From the NCBI GenBank assembly GCA_963765495.1, contig CAVXWP010000009.1:128001-192000 (forward strand): a stretch of 64,000 nucleotides of DNA. The letters run 5' to 3'. Source of the stretch: Blastocatellia bacterium. GTDB lineage: Bacteria; Acidobacteriota; Blastocatellia; UBA7656. Positions 19,503 to 32,376 of this stretch are shown piece after piece. Made by a program: the position numbers and the translations under genes. Within the stretch, counting starts at the first letter, position 1; each line of letters opens with the position of its first letter. The notes beneath the pieces are model-generated. The model did not search any database, was not told the DNA's origin, and was given only the letters and a program-made list of their open reading frames with translations.

Positions 19503-21875
19503 ATGTCTCGAAGCGCGCGATTGATCCAAACCGATTCCGGGCGAAAGCCCCGCAGGGCCAGTTCCCTTCTCCGCCAACAGGCTGTCAATTCACTCATATC
19601 CTCGCCTGCCCTTCGTATGTTAGTTCTGGCGGCGATAGCCCTTGTGCTTACGACATCGAGCCTGCCCGTACTGGCAGCCCAAAGCACAAAAGGCGGGGCG
19701 GAAAAGATAGATGCGGAAAAGATAGCTCATGAAAAGATAGCTCATTCTGTCACGATTTATCGCGACTCTTACGGCGTGCCGCACGTCTATGGCCCGACCG
19801 ATGCCAGTTGCGTTTTCGGATATATCTACGCACAGGCCGAAGACAATTTCTGGCAGATCGAAGACAGCTATTTACGCTCTATCGGTCGCGCCTCGGAGGT
19901 TTACGGAGAGAAGGAACTCAATGGAGATTTGCTCAATCGCGCGCTTGAGATCACCCGCCTCGCTAAAGCAGAATACGAGCATTCAAACAAAAAATCGCGC
20001 GAGCTTGCCGATGCCCTGGCTGACGGACTCAACTATTTTCTTGCGACAAACCCGCAGGTCAAGCCCCGGCTCATAACTCACTTCGAGCCGTGGTATGTCT
20101 TCGCATTCAACCGATTTGCGCTCTACCAGCTCTTCATATACGGCAAATCGGGTCTGAAGACCGACGAGATTCGCACCGCCGTTCAGGAGGTTAATTCGGA
20201 GGCTCCGGCCTCAAGCCAGTCAGCGTCTGCTCTGAATTACACCGAGACTACTGAGACCACGCCTGAAATGGAATCCCCCATAGGCTCAAACATGTGGGCC
20301 ATCACACCCGCCAAGAGCGCAAACGGGCACGCGATGCTTTTCATCAATCCGCATCAGCCGTTCTTTGGACCCGGCCAGTGGTACGAGGGGCACGTACACA
20401 GCGACGAAGGCTGGAACATGTCGGGCGCGTCGTTTTTCGGATCAGGATTCCCAACCATTGGCCACAACGATTATCTGGGCTGGAGCCACACCGTAAACGA
20501 TCCTGACATCGCCGACGTTTATGCCGAGAAATTCGATGACGAAAAAGACCCGCTCGCCTACCGATACGGCGACGGTCACCGCAAGGCTACCGAGTGGACA
20601 GAGACGATCAAGGTCAAATCCGACAAGGTCAAATCCGACAAGGGCGAAACTGATCGCACATTCAAATTCCGCAAGACGCATCACGGCCCCATCACCGCCG
20701 TGCGAGACGGCAAGCCCCTGGCCGTAAAGTTTGCGCGGCTCGAAGATGGCGGGATGATCGAAGAGTGGTATCTGATGGGCAAGGCGCGCTCGATGGCCGA
20801 ATTCAAAGCGGCGATGGCAAAGACAGCCATCCCTATGTTCAACGCCGTCATGGCAGACCGCGACGGAAACATATTTTATATATACAACGGGGCGGTGCCG
20901 CGCAGGTCCACGAAATTCGACTGGAAAAAACCTGTGGACGGCAGCGACCCGGCTACCGAGTGGCAGGGCTATCATTCGCTCGATGAACTTCCACAACTGA
21001 CAAACCCCAAAACGGGATTCGTTCAAAACTGCAATCAGACCCCGTTTACTACTACGAGCGAAGGCAGCCCCGTAAAGGAAAACTATCCCGAGTACATGAC
21101 CAGAGAAAGCGACAATGCAAGGGCGCGAATATCGCGGCGGATACTTTCGCGGTCTGAAAAATTCTCCTATGAAGATTGGACCCGGGCAGGCTTTGACACT
21201 GCGGTCATCGAAGCCGAAACATACATCCCGGCGCTCGTAGCAGAGTGGGAAAAGCTAAATCAAGCCGATGAGGCGCGAGCCGAAAAGCTCAAACCGGCAA
21301 TAGAAGAACTCAAGAAATGGGATCACGTGAGCACCATCGAATCAAAGGCGATGACCGTCTTTATGCTCTGGTTTGAAAAATTGTTCAGGATGGGCGGCGA
21401 CAAAGAAGAGTGGCTGAAGATTCGCGCCCTCGAAGCGGCGATAAGCGATCTCAACCGCGACTTCGGCACGTGGGCCGTGGCCTGGGGCGAAATCAACAGG
21501 TTGCAGCGCGTCGATTCGGGCGGAGAAACGCCCTTCAGCGATGAACGCGAAAGCCTCCCCATAGCCGGAGCGCCGGGACCTGTCGGCATAGTCTTCAACT
21601 TTTATACAAGACCCGAAAAAGGGCAGAAACGCCGCTACGGTGTGGCCGGGCACTCATTCATCAGCGTGGTCGAATTCGGCCCGAAGGTCCAGGCCCGTTC
21701 CGTATTGCAGTTCGGCGAGAGCGCAGACCCCGGTTCGCCGCACTATTTCGATCAGGCGCGGCTCTACGCAAAGCGCCAGTTCAAACCGGCGTGGTTTACC
21801 TTGCCCGAGATCAAGGCTCACTCGGAGAAGGTTTATCACCCCGGTCAGAAACCTGTAAAACGCAAAGCCGCCTGA
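19503..21875 (+). CDS. Penicillin/cephalosporin acylase family Ntn-hydrolase (S45)
   Basis: [26 protein letters not shown] (beta-subunit Ser nucleophile), INPHQP, QNCN; AGGAGG RBS. Confidence 0.93.
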   Translation: MSRSARLIQTDSGRKPRRASSLLRQQAVNSLISSPALRMLVLAAIALVLTTSSLPVLAAQSTKGGAEKIDAEKIAHEKIAHSVTIYRDSYGVPHVYGPTDASCVFGYIYAQAEDNFWQIEDSYLRSIGRASEVYGEKELNGDLLNRALEITRLAKAEYEHSNKKSRELADALADGLNYFLATNPQVKPRLITHFEPWYVFAFNRFALYQLFIYGKSGLKTDEIRTAVQEVNSEAPASSQSASALNYTETTETTPEMESPIGSNMWAITPAKSANGHAMLFINPHQPFFGPGQWYEGHVHSDEGWNMSGASFFGSGFPTIGHNDYLGWSHTVNDPDIADVYAEKFDDEKDPLAYRYGDGHRKATEWTETIKVKSDKVKSDKGETDRTFKFRKTHHGPITAVRDGKPLAVKFARLEDGGMIEEWYLMGKARSMAEFKAAMAKTAIPMFNAVMADRDGNIFYIYNGAVPRRSTKFDWKKPVDGSDPATEWQGYHSLDELPQLTNPKTGFVQNCNQTPFTTTSEGSPVKENYPEYMTRESDNARARISRRILSRSEKFSYEDWTRAGFDTAVIEAETYIPALVAEWEKLNQADEARAEKLKPAIEELKKWDHVSTIESKAMTVFMLWFEKLFRMGGDKEEWLKIRALEAAISDLNRDFGTWAVAWGEINRLQRVDSGGETPFSDERESLPIAGAPGPVGIVFNFYTRPEKGQKRRYGVAGHSFISVVEFGPKVQARSVLQFGESADPGSPHYFDQARLYAKRQFKPAWFTLPEIKAHSEKVYHPGQKPVKRKAA

Positions 21876-21876
21876 T

Positions 21877-21980
21877 ACGTGATGCGTGAATCGTGATGCG
21901 TGAATCGTGATGCGTGACTTTCAGGCAGCCCGCAGGTTTAGGATAACTTGCATATCTCACGGATCACGGATCACGCATCA
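21877..21980. repeat. Inverted heptamer array (CGTGATG/CGTGAAT family)
   Basis: cgtgatgcgtgaatcgtgatgcgtgaatcgtgatgcgtgactttcag ... tcacggatcacggatcacgcatca. Confidence 0.85.
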
Positions 21981-22001
21981 GCGAGCGCATCAGTTGCATT
22001 A

Positions 22002-22718
22002 TTATCGCAATGTGCGAAGCGAGTCGGAAAGATGCGGAGTCGCGTTCAGACTGAACAGTCTCAGTTCGCCGTTGTAGGGTTTGAATATAGTGATATTGGT
22101 GTTGTAAAGCACCCCGAGCACGCTCAACATTTTCTCTTCCGAAAGCGCGAGCGCCGCGCCCGTAACTATTGTGATGGGTGTGGCTGATGTGAATACAGCG
22201 ATTGCTTCATCCTGAGTTCCGGTCAATAAATCTGCGGCGCAATTCTCGATGCGGGCGCGGAAAGCGGCCCAGGATTCTCCCGCGTAATCGGGATAGCGGT
22301 TCTCCATCCACGCGCACATAATGGCGCGGTCGCATCGGCCCGTAGCTCCGCGCGTCGTATGCGGGTCGAGGGCGAGCGCCGATTTCATCTCTTCGAAATC
22401 CCGGGCAAACTCCTCGTCGTCTTCTCTCATCCTGAGCACGATGCCGCGATACACATCGGCCAGGCTGAATTCGTTCCAGCGCTCGTCTGTAATTATATCG
22501 GGCACGTCGGCGCTTGATTCTCCGAGCGCGCGGCTCACGATTTCAGCCGTGTGTTGCTGCCGCCTCATCCCGCCTGTATAGATTGTAGAGAGGCGCACAC
22601 CCTGCCCGGCAAGATACTCGCCAAGCAATCGAGCCTGCTCGTGACCGAGGTCGGAGAGAACATCGTAATTGTCGCGCGGTCCCGCCTGCGCGTGGCGGAT
22701 GAGGTATATAGTAGTCAT
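22002..22718 (-). CDS. Histidine phosphatase (phosphoglycerate mutase-like) family protein
   Basis: IYLIRHAQA, LSDLGHEQA, RRQQHTA and WNEF motifs. Confidence 0.88.
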   Translation of the reverse strand: MTTIYLIRHAQAGPRDNYDVLSDLGHEQARLLGEYLAGQGVRLSTIYTGGMRRQQHTAEIVSRALGESSADVPDIITDERWNEFSLADVYRGIVLRMREDDEEFARDFEEMKSALALDPHTTRGATGRCDRAIMCAWMENRYPDYAGESWAAFRARIENCAADLLTGTQDEAIAVFTSATPITIVTGAALALSEEKMLSVLGVLYNTNITIFKPYNGELRLFSLNATPHLSDSLRTLR

Positions 22719-22740
22719 TTAGAATCCCAGGTCTTGAATA

Positions 22741-23859
22741 TCAATTTTCAGAGCGTCGGGCCAGTTCGAGCGCGGCGCGACCGAGCCCCTCAACCCTGCG
22801 GCCGAAGTCGCGGAATCTCTCATCATGCGTCTGCCCTCTGACAAAGCGAAAATAGATCTGCTGAAGCACGACGGCCACCTTGAAGAGCGCGAAGGTCTCA
22901 TAAAAATTTATTCCCGATAGATCGCGCCCGGTCTGAAAGGCGTATCGCTCGATTATCTCGGCGCGCTTCATCCAGCCCGGCTCTGTTGTGACCGGGCTGA
23001 TTGATTCGCGGCGCGCCTCGGGGTCTTCTCTTTCGGCCCAGTAACATAGAAATATTCCAAGATCGATCAGAGGGTCGCCCACCGTGCACATCTCCCAATC
23101 GAGCACGGCGACTACGCGAGCGGGGCGCTCGGGGTCGAGCATCACGTTATCAAGTTTGAAATCGTTATGTACGAGCGTGGCGGGGCGGCCGGCTTTCGGG
23201 TCAGGTTCAGGCGGAATTCTTTCCGATAACCATAAGGCGACATCATCAAGCTCGGGCAACTCGCTTGTCTTCGAGCGATGCCAGCGGTCGCTCCATCCGC
23301 GTACCTGCCGCGTTACAAACCCTACGGGCTTGCCTATCTGCTCCAGCCCCGAGTCGCAGATGTCAACCGCGTGAAGCGCGGCCAGCGTGTCTACCATCGC
23401 CTCGCTAACACTGCGGCGAAGCTTTAGATCATCGCCAATCTGTTCGGGAATCTCTCGGCGGATGACGAGGCCGCGCCTCCGTTCCATCAAATAAAAAGGC
23501 GCGCCTATGACGGAAACATCTTCGCACAAAAGGTAGGGCCGGGGCGCGAGCGGGAAGAAAGGATGGATAGCGGCCAGCAATCGCTCTTCGCGCGGCATAT
23601 CGTGAGCCGTGGGGGCGACCGGGCCGAAAGGAGGTCGCCGCAATACGAATTCGTGCCCGCCCAGCCGGATCATATAAGTCAGATTTGAATGGCCTCCCGG
23701 AAACTGCTCTATCTCTATCTCGGTCGAATCCAGCGACTCGCCCGGCATCAAAACGGGCAGGCGCTCGCGCAGATAATTTTCGAGCGCGTGAGGGTCGAGT
23801 TCTTCTCCGGGTCTGATTGGCGCTGTGTCTTTAGTAGCTGCCGCTTCGCTCAATATCAT
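22741..23859 (-). CDS. APH-like phosphotransferase (ACAD10/11 N-terminal-like)
   Basis: [43 protein letters not shown]. Confidence 0.9.
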   Translation of the reverse strand: MILSEAAATKDTAPIRPGEELDPHALENYLRERLPVLMPGESLDSTEIEIEQFPGGHSNLTYMIRLGGHEFVLRRPPFGPVAPTAHDMPREERLLAAIHPFFPLAPRPYLLCEDVSVIGAPFYLMERRRGLVIRREIPEQIGDDLKLRRSVSEAMVDTLAALHAVDICDSGLEQIGKPVGFVTRQVRGWSDRWHRSKTSELPELDDVALWLSERIPPEPDPKAGRPATLVHNDFKLDNVMLDPERPARVVAVLDWEMCTVGDPLIDLGIFLCYWAEREDPEARRESISPVTTEPGWMKRAEIIERYAFQTGRDLSGINFYETFALFKVAVVLQQIYFRFVRGQTHDERFRDFGRRVEGLGRAALELARRSEN

Positions 23860-23922
23860 CTCCCAATCTATCTTCTCCGCATTTGCGCTTGAGCGATGAT
23901 ATTCGCTGACGGGGCTGAATTC

Positions 23923-24062
23923 AAGGCAGTAGGCAGTAGGCAGTTAATCGCGACGGAGGCGCGTACCAACTATTCCTATGCATACCCCGGCTGGCTTTCT
24001 TTAGCAGTGACCATCGGTTCAGTGTTTACTGCCTACTGCCTACTGCCTACTGCTTACTGCCT
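23923..24062. repeat. Inverted heptamer element (AGGCAGT)n-core-(ACTGCCT)n
   Basis: aggcagtaggcagtaggcagt ... actgcctactgcctactgcctactgcttactgcc; core GGAGGCG..TACCAACTATTC shared with 35808-35966. Confidence 0.88.
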
Positions 24063-24214
24063 TGAATGACGGCTATTATTGTCATAAGATTCACTTGCAA
24101 GAACAGACATCCGTCCGTATTAGAACTGATTCAGTTGAAGGTTATGCTTAGAGATTACAACCGACGACGCGAACCGATCATCACATTGTTGTAAAGAATC
24201 ATAGCGAGGATTTA

Positions 24215-25060
24215 ATGGCAAGCACACTGCTCATAGCCGAAGATGACTCGATGAGTCGCAAGATGTTTACAGAAGTCCTCAAGGCTGACGGGTATCGCGT
24301 TATTGATGTAGGCGATGGTTCGGCGGCGCTTGATGTGCTAAAAAGCGAAACCATAGACGTTTTGCTGACCGATGTGATGATGCCTGAAATGGACGGCATG
24401 GAGCTTCTTGAGCGCGCCCGGACGGTGCAACCCGAACTCAGGGCCGTCGTGATGACCGCCAACAATACCTCCGAGACCATCATAAGCGCGCTCCGCAATC
24501 ACGCCTGCGATCTGCTATTAAAACCCTTCACGGTCGAACAGTTGCTCAACGTAGTTGAGTCGGCGCTCGACCGGCCAAGCGAATGCAGAATCCACGTGAT
24601 CTCCGGCAAGCCTGACTGGATCGAACTTCAGGTCCCGTGCGATCTGCGAGCCGTCGAACCTATTCAGAAATTCCTGATCGAATTGCAGGGCGACCTGCCG
24701 CAAGAGACACGCGAGGCCATCGGCTCGGTATTCCGTGAAATGCTCAACAATGCCATCGAGCACGGCGGTAAATGTGATCCGTCCCAACTGGTAGAGGTCA
24801 AATATATTCGCCTCAAGCGCGCAATAATGTATTCGATCCGCGACCCGGGCGAAGGCTTCGATCTGGCCCAGGTCGAGCACGCCGCCGTGGCCAACCCCGA
24901 AGACAAGCCTTTTCGCCACATGGAGATCAGAAAGAAAAAGGGGCTAAGACCGGGTGGTTTCGGCATCCTGCTCGCCTCGCAGGTCATAGACGAGTTGATC
25001 TACAACGAAAAACACAACGAATTGATCTTCGTCAAATACATCGATGAAGACCAGAAGTAG
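24215..25060 (+). CDS. Response regulator fused to an RsbW/anti-sigma-type HATPase domain
   Basis: REC (IAEDD, TDVMMP, KP) plus EMLNNAIEHG, IRDPGEGFD and GGFGI. Confidence 0.88.
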   Translation: MASTLLIAEDDSMSRKMFTEVLKADGYRVIDVGDGSAALDVLKSETIDVLLTDVMMPEMDGMELLERARTVQPELRAVVMTANNTSETIISALRNHACDLLLKPFTVEQLLNVVESALDRPSECRIHVISGKPDWIELQVPCDLRAVEPIQKFLIELQGDLPQETREAIGSVFREMLNNAIEHGGKCDPSQLVEVKYIRLKRAIMYSIRDPGEGFDLAQVEHAAVANPEDKPFRHMEIRKKKGLRPGGFGILLASQVIDELIYNEKHNELIFVKYIDEDQK

Positions 25061-25102
25061 ACAGGATTTGAAGTATTACTCTGTCAATCCTTCTTTACCC
25101 TG

Positions 25103-25444
25103 TTAATTCTGTTCTTCGGGGACCGGGTCGGAGGTTTCGGGCGGGATGTCCGGGCTACATGCTCGCAGGCGACTCCAGGTCAGGCGCAACCCTTCACGGA
25201 TGCCGTATCTTCTTACAGCCTCTTCGGAGTAGACCGAACAGGTCGGCCTTAAATTACAGACCACGCGCCCGCGCAAAAGAGGTCTTCCCACCTTTTGATA
25301 CAGATGCACCGTCGCGATATAAAGACCGGCCGTCACTTGATCTGCCGGGTCGCGAAAAGAATCCCCGACTCCAAGCAGCAGTATCGCAAGAAAGGCCGCA
25401 AGCCACAGGCGAGGTCTTTTTAAGGCTTGCCGCAGCCGGGGCAT
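25103..25444 (-). CDS. yidD: YidD-like membrane protein insertion efficiency factor
   Basis: YQK...CNLRPTCSVYSEEAVRRYG..GL.L...RL.AC.P. Confidence 0.75.
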   Translation of the reverse strand: MPRLRQALKRPRLWLAAFLAILLLGVGDSFRDPADQVTAGLYIATVHLYQKVGRPLLRGRVVCNLRPTCSVYSEEAVRRYGIREGLRLTWSRLRACSPDIPPETSDPVPEEQN

Positions 25445-25674
25445 TCGCGGCTCGATTGAAGGCGCTTGTTGTTGCAGTGAGCGCATCTGACGAGCTTTCC
25501 TTGAGGTCTCGAAAACAGGTAAGCAATAAATCCGAATACCCCTGTGAACATCACAAGGACCATCCAGAAGACATTATTAGCCATGTCGCGCGCGCGCGCG
25601 TCCCGCGCCACCCAGGCCAGCAGGACAACGTTAAGCGTGAGTCCAGCTACCCAGATGAAGATTGAGGGTTTCAA
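25420..25674 (-). CDS. Small membrane protein (PLDc_N-like) with C-terminal zinc ribbon
   Basis: WVARDARAR...FWMVLV.FTG..G.IAYL..RP; CAHC..CPGCG; start uncertain. Confidence 0.6.
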   Translation of the reverse strand: MKPSIFIWVAGLTLNVVLLAWVARDARARDMANNVFWMVLVMFTGVFGFIAYLFSRPQGKLVRCAHCNNKRLQSSRECPGCGKP

Positions 25675-25796
25675 CAGGTCTTCCCCTTCTTCACACCTCA
25701 GCGGCGGCTGGTTTCGGACTAAACAAGCCTGCCCGGCAGCATAACTGCTCGGTCGGGCAGGCTTAGATTGAAGAAACGCGCGGCATCTGCCTTCGA

Positions 25797-26312
25797 TCAG
25801 GAGTTCTTTTCGGCGATGTTTCCAATCACTGGCATCTTCCACATCTGATTCTGATAGGCTTTCACCATACCCATGATATAGAGCACAAGCAAGCCTATCC
25901 CAACTACCGACCAGAGCAAAAGAATGATAAGACCGCCTCCGCAGGCTATTCCACCTGAGTTGGTCGCGGACGAGGCGACACTCAGAAAGCCCTGCAATAC
26001 CCATAAAATTATTGTGACTACCACTGTTACACCGAACAACAGCAGGCTCTGAATCGAGTGAAACCGCAAAAAGCGATTTTCCTTCGGCTCAGTCGCAAGC
26101 CAGAGGATCGGGGCGATCACTTGTATACAACAGACCGGCAAATAACAAAGCAGACCGGCGACTTTATAGTCGAGTTGCATCATCTGAGTCTTGCCCGACG
26201 GCGGTCCGGGCGGCGGATAACCTCCCCCGGGCGGCGGCGGGGGATAGCCTCCTCCGGGCGGCGGCGGATAGCCTCCCCCGGGCGGGTTTCCATACGGCGG
26301 CTGGTTGCTCAT
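25797..26312 (-). CDS. DUF4870-like membrane protein with Pro/Gly-rich N-terminus
   Basis: GGYPPPP repeats; AGLLCYL, RFHSIQS, GMVKAYQ..WKMPVIG. Confidence 0.85.
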   Translation of the reverse strand: MSNQPPYGNPPGGGYPPPPGGGYPPPPPGGGYPPPGPPSGKTQMMQLDYKVAGLLCYLPVCCIQVIAPILWLATEPKENRFLRFHSIQSLLLFGVTVVVTIILWVLQGFLSVASSATNSGGIACGGGLIILLLWSVVGIGLLVLYIMGMVKAYQNQMWKMPVIGNIAEKNS

Positions 26313-26447
26313 CTATTTTCCTCCTACTGTAGTCTTAAAAGTAAAAACCTGTAGCTACTCTTGTCGGGTCATACTACTTTTGCCTTGCGCGTCTGTCAAC
26401 AGTTGCGCAGATTTAGGTTGAAATTGGTGGCCGGAAGTATAAAGACT

Positions 26448-26503
26448 TTGACAGGATCATCAAGATTTTCAAGGATCGAACAAGAATCTTGTTAATCCTG
26501 TCA
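26448..26503. repeat. Inverted nonamer element (ACAGGAT/ATCCTGT family)
   Basis: ttgacaggatcatcaagattttcaaggat ... aatcttgttaatcctgtcaa. Confidence 0.65.
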
Positions 26504-26520
26504 AAAGAATCCGGGTCGTC

Positions 26521-26886
26521 TCACTTCTTTTGCGGTTCGCGCACTATGACCGAGTCCTTTTCCACCTCGATCAACTGTCCGGCTGCCTTCTCTACATAAT
26601 AGACCGCGCCCAGCCTGACAGAGTGCCCCTCGCCTCTTATCACGCCGATAAATTTGTCATTCCTCTTATCGAAGGCCAGCTTGCCTGCGGCCTCGCTCTG
26701 CTTCTCACCCTTTCCAAAGAGCGAGTCGAAGGGTGTGCCGCCGTATTGAAAATATGTATAGAAGCTCACGAGCAACAACCCGAGAACCACGACTGCGACC
26801 GAACCGATCAGGAATGTCTTGATCCGATACCAGGAAAAAAAACGCTCCTCTTCATACCCGTTACCATTGTCCGATTGATTAAACAT
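26521..26886 (-). CDS. Single-TM hypothetical protein
   Basis: One TM helix; directly downstream of mgtE on the same strand. Confidence 0.6.
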   Translation of the reverse strand: MFNQSDNGNGYEEERFFSWYRIKTFLIGSVAVVVLGLLLVSFYTYFQYGGTPFDSLFGKGEKQSEAAGKLAFDKRNDKFIGVIRGEGHSVRLGAVYYVEKAAGQLIEVEKDSVIVREPQKK

Positions 26887-26898
26887 CTCCGGTAAAAC

Positions 26899-28266
26899 TC
26901 AAAGTCTGTAGTATCTGAGCAACAGGGTGGCAATGCCCAGATAAAAGAAAAACGTAGCGATGTCGGTGAATGTTACGACGAATACGGAAGAGGCCAGCGC
27001 CGGGTCTACGCGCATTCGCTTTAACAAGACCGGAATCAAAGTGCCGAGCGTGCCTGCCACAAACAGGCTCAGCAGCATGGTCAGGGCAAGCACACCGCCA
27101 AGCCCCGGGCTGAACCAGATAGAGATGACCGTGCCTACGACTATCGAAATGATCAGACCATTGATCAACCCGACAACTCCCTCTTTGAAGATAACGCGGC
27201 GGCTCTGACCCCAGCCGACTTCGCCAAGCCCGATTCCGCGCACGACCACGGCCATGGTCTGCGTGGCTGCGTTACTGCCCATAGTTGCGACCACCGGGAT
27301 CAACACGGCCAGTTCGGCCCAGGTCTTGATCGTAGTCAGATAGTAGCGAACGATGGCGACCGCGATCAACGCCGCGCCAAGCGACAGCAGTAACCACGGC
27401 AGTCTCGTACGCACGGAAACCCAGGGCGAGCCGTGAGCGCGGTCGGCGGCGTCAACTCCGGCCAGCGCGTAGATGTCTTCGGTCGCCTCTTCGCGCATAA
27501 CGTCAATGATGTCGTCGACGGTGATGATGCCGGCCATCTTGTTCTCTTCATCCACGACGGGAACGGCCAGCAGGTTATAAGTGGCCACGATTCGCGCCAC
27601 CTCTTCCTGATCCGTGTCGGTCGTCACCTTGATGACATCGCTGATCATTATCTTTCTCAGGGGCGTCGAAGGCGGGTTCAAGAGCAACTGCCTGAGACTC
27701 ACTACGCCGAGCAGATGATTTCGCGAGTCTACGACATAGAGGTAGAAAGCCATCTCGAACTCTTCCGAGCGCCGCTGCAAGGCAGTGATGGCCTCAGAGA
27801 CCGTCACGTCTTCGTCGAGGGCGAAGTATTCGGGCGTCATTATTCGCCCGGCTGTCTCATCGGCAAACCCGAGCAGTTCCTGAACGCCCGTCGAGTGCTC
27901 GACCTTCATCGTTTCAAACAATTCGTCGCGCAACTCTTCGGGGAGTTCTCCGACAAGCAGCGCGGCATCGTCAGAGGGAAGTTCCTGCAACAGACGCGAC
28001 GTATCTTCACGAGGCAGGATAGTCAGCAGATTGACGGCTCGCTGCGTCTCCATTTCAGATAGAGCTTCGGCAGCCCGGCTGAGATCGTGACGAACGAGCG
28101 AATCGAAAAGCGCTTCCCGGTCGTGCTCTGGAAGCTGTTCGAGTATCTGAGCGATGTCTACGGGGCGGAGCTTTGTGAGCAGATTCAGGGCGTGCGACAT
28201 CGCGCCGCGCCGAACCAGGCGGCCTACGGAATCGAGCATTATGTTGAGTCGCTGCGCCTGCATCAA
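26899..28266 (-). CDS. mgtE: Magnesium transporter MgtE
   Basis: MgtE_N, CBS pair (TAGRIMT, YLYVVD), RLPWL, DPALAS..FV.TFTD. Confidence 0.96.
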   Translation of the reverse strand: MMQAQRLNIMLDSVGRLVRRGAMSHALNLLTKLRPVDIAQILEQLPEHDREALFDSLVRHDLSRAAEALSEMETQRAVNLLTILPREDTSRLLQELPSDDAALLVGELPEELRDELFETMKVEHSTGVQELLGFADETAGRIMTPEYFALDEDVTVSEAITALQRRSEEFEMAFYLYVVDSRNHLLGVVSLRQLLLNPPSTPLRKIMISDVIKVTTDTDQEEVARIVATYNLLAVPVVDEENKMAGIITVDDIIDVMREEATEDIYALAGVDAADRAHGSPWVSVRTRLPWLLLSLGAALIAVAIVRYYLTTIKTWAELAVLIPVVATMGSNAATQTMAVVVRGIGLGEVGWGQSRRVIFKEGVVGLINGLIISIVVGTVISIWFSPGLGGVLALTMLLSLFVAGTLGTLIPVLLKRMRVDPALASSVFVVTFTDIATFFFYLGIATLLLRYYRL

Positions 28267-28269
28267 CTT

Positions 28270-28357
28270 TCCGATTTTGGATTTTGGATTTTAGATTTTG
28301 GATTAAAGGAATAAGGCGGAAACAACGCCTGGAATCCAAAATCCAAAATCCAAAATT
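28270..28357. repeat. Inverted heptamer array (GATTTTG)n ... (AATCCAA)n
   Basis: gattttggattttggattttagattttggatt ... aatccaaaatccaaaatccaaaat. Confidence 0.88.
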
Positions 28358-28358
28358 G

Positions 28359-28892
28359 TTAGGCTTCGGCGGCTTCACGCGCAGCCTTGAGCGCGGCCTC
28401 ATAGTCAGGCTCGTGAGTTATATCGCTGACGTATTCGGCGTGCTTGACCTTGCCGTCTTTGCCTACGACGAAGACGGCGCGAGTGGTGAGCCCCGCAAGC
28501 GGGCCGTCTTTTATCTGCACGCCGTAGTTTTTGCCAAAGGCGTGATTGCGGAAATCAGAGATCGTCTTTACGCGATCAACCCCGGCAGCGCCGCACCATC
28601 GCTTCTGCGCAAAAGGCAGATCGCCGCTGATGGTCCAGACTTCTATACCCTCGCCCAGCCCCGAAGCCTCTTCGTTAAACCTGCGCGTCTCCGTATCACA
28701 CACCGCCGTATCAAGCGACGGCACCGCGCTCAGAATCACTACTTTTCCTCTGGCGGCGGCGAGGCTGACAGGTTGAAGACCATTGTCTATGGCTGTGAAG
28801 TCGGGCGCGTCATCACCCGGTTTGATCTCCGCGCCTTCGAGCGTTACGGGGTTCCCTTTAAGAGTTACTGCATTGCTTCTTTCTTGAGTCAT
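28359..28892 (-). CDS. tpx: Thiol peroxidase
   Basis: VPSLDTAVCD, DLPFAQKRWC and EPDYE motifs. Confidence 0.96.
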   Translation of the reverse strand: MTQERSNAVTLKGNPVTLEGAEIKPGDDAPDFTAIDNGLQPVSLAAARGKVVILSAVPSLDTAVCDTETRRFNEEASGLGEGIEVWTISGDLPFAQKRWCGAAGVDRVKTISDFRNHAFGKNYGVQIKDGPLAGLTTRAVFVVGKDGKVKHAEYVSDITHEPDYEAALKAAREAAEA

Positions 28893-29130
28893 TACATCTC
28901 CTTGTAAAGTTTGTTTGATTGCTGTATGCAAGCGTCCGGCCCGGTTCGGGCAAAAGAGCATTGTAGCGGCTCAATCTGAAATATCCAATCTTTTTGCCGA
29001 TAGAGTAAGGGTTCGGCAGCAGTTGCCACAGGGCCATTCAGGTCTCAGATTGGCCTGCCGGGGTTGAAGGAACCCACTGATTGCTTTATGAGAATTCTAG
29101 CTTTCCCTGAGAATTTAATGATCCTGACCA

Positions 29131-29188
29131 GCCGCAGAGTCACAGGGAAAAGATCAAAAATATCTCTGTGCATTTGTGACTCTGCGGC
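29131..29188. repeat. Inverted nonamer-type hairpin element
   Basis: gccgcagagtcacaggg ... ctgtgcatttgtgactctgcggc; related to 14484-14549. Confidence 0.6.
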
Positions 29189-29216
29189 AAAGTTTCTGTC
29201 TTTCCGAACAGATACT

Positions 29217-30866
<1,650 letters not shown>

Positions 30867-30936
30867 CTAAAGAACAGGCCCGCCGGTTTCGTCCGGTAAA
30901 GAAGTACCGCGACAACTTCCGGCGGTCGAATCTCTC

Positions 30937-32199
30937 TCATTTAGCTCCCGTGTTGGCCGCGCGATTTGCCTCTATCAGATTCTCGCTGTCCGAGGTGATA
31001 TCGATAAAGGCGTTCATCATCTCTTCCCAGGTCTGTTCGCCGAACCTGACTTCACGAGATGGATCGGGATTGCGCGGATTGTTTGTCGAGTTGTCATAAT
31101 GCGCTACGGCCTCTATGCGCGTCCCCTTTGGCATGGCCAGAGGTCTGACCGGGTAATAATAGACCTGCCAGTTGAAGTTGTATCGCGGGATCGCGAGCAG
31201 CACTTCGGAGCGCCCGTCCGGGTAGATGGCCCGGTAGGTGATGTCTTTGCCGCGCAGGTGCATATGCGGCATAAGGCTTATGATATGCGAATCCTCATCG
31301 AATTCATAGACGGCCTTCACTTCAAAGTTAGCCGCGCCCGGCGGGATTACGAACCCCACATCGAAGGCCGCGGTTGTTGTGATGACTTTCTTCACCGGAG
31401 CCTTTGAAAATATCAATCCGACCATCGAGCGGTCTTTAGCCGCAGTGCCGGTCGGCGTGTAGTGCAGCTGAAATATGAGGTCGGAGCCCGCCTTGATCAA
31501 CTTGGCCGTTCCCGGCTGGGCCTTGAAGGGAGTTTGCCCCGGCGAGAGCGCCCCGAGAAGCCCCGTGCCGATGTCTCGCTTCCTGGCCTTTTGCTCGCCC
31601 GGCTCGCGCACATAAATGACGATGTGATGAACCACAGAGAGGTTTCCGGCCCGCGCTTCCATCGCCTCGATGTACCGATCTTCTTTGAAATTTGTAGGCA
31701 CTGTGAAGTATTGATAAGGCACTTCGCCTTCGGCGGGCACTTCAAACTCGGCTGGCATCTGAAAAATGATGTCGGGGTTGCCGATCTGCCATCCGGTGGC
31801 AAAGGTCGGAGGGGGAGTCAAATCCTTCGCCTGGCCTTCTTTTGCTCCCTGATCCACCCAGGCCGCGATTGTGTCAATCTCTTCCCTGGTCATCCGCCGG
31901 TCGTTTGTCCACTCGCCGTGCTGAGGGTCCGCGTGCCAGGGCGGCATCTCGCGAGTAACCACTTTTTCGCGGATGGCCTTTGCCCACGGTCTTACTTCTT
32001 TGAAAGTCACAAGCGACATGGGCGCAATTTCGCCCGGACGGTGACAACTCACGCAGTTCTTATAAAAGATAGGGGCGACATCCTTGTTAAAAGTAAGCGC
32101 CGATTTGGTGTCATCCTTTGCGCTTGCACCGGAAGAGGCTATCAAGGCCAGGGAAGCGCAGATTCCAAGTGCAAAGAGAACGTTTCGAGCTTTCTTCAT
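30937..32199 (-). CDS. Secreted c-type cytochrome fused to a copper monooxygenase-like domain
   Basis: Signal peptide, CVSCH heme motif, MPPW, VVHH, QLHY, PHMHLRGK, YNFNWQ, EEM. Confidence 0.8.
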   Translation of the reverse strand: MKKARNVLFALGICASLALIASSGASAKDDTKSALTFNKDVAPIFYKNCVSCHRPGEIAPMSLVTFKEVRPWAKAIREKVVTREMPPWHADPQHGEWTNDRRMTREEIDTIAAWVDQGAKEGQAKDLTPPPTFATGWQIGNPDIIFQMPAEFEVPAEGEVPYQYFTVPTNFKEDRYIEAMEARAGNLSVVHHIVIYVREPGEQKARKRDIGTGLLGALSPGQTPFKAQPGTAKLIKAGSDLIFQLHYTPTGTAAKDRSMVGLIFSKAPVKKVITTTAAFDVGFVIPPGAANFEVKAVYEFDEDSHIISLMPHMHLRGKDITYRAIYPDGRSEVLLAIPRYNFNWQVYYYPVRPLAMPKGTRIEAVAHYDNSTNNPRNPDPSREVRFGEQTWEEMMNAFIDITSDSENLIEANRAANTGAK

Positions 32200-32376
32200 T
32201 CAGCACCTCCGGGGTGTCGGATCGAGATCAACAGGTACTGCAAAAGATTCGATTCAATAGAAAAAAATCCCGCTCCACTGTTGAGTGCATTCTATGTTCG
32301 AGATGCCGACAAGTCAATTGCAGCAGGTCTGTGGCAGATTTTTTCTCTTTTTGAACGGGTACGGCTCCGTCTATCT

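Noticed and set aside
20608-20642. Short tandem duplication (KVKSD twice) in the acylase gene
   Set aside because: An in-frame loop duplication with no evident functional significance.
28267-28358. M-box riboswitch upstream of mgtE
   Set aside because: The gap is ~90 nt and fully occupied by a heptamer inverted array.
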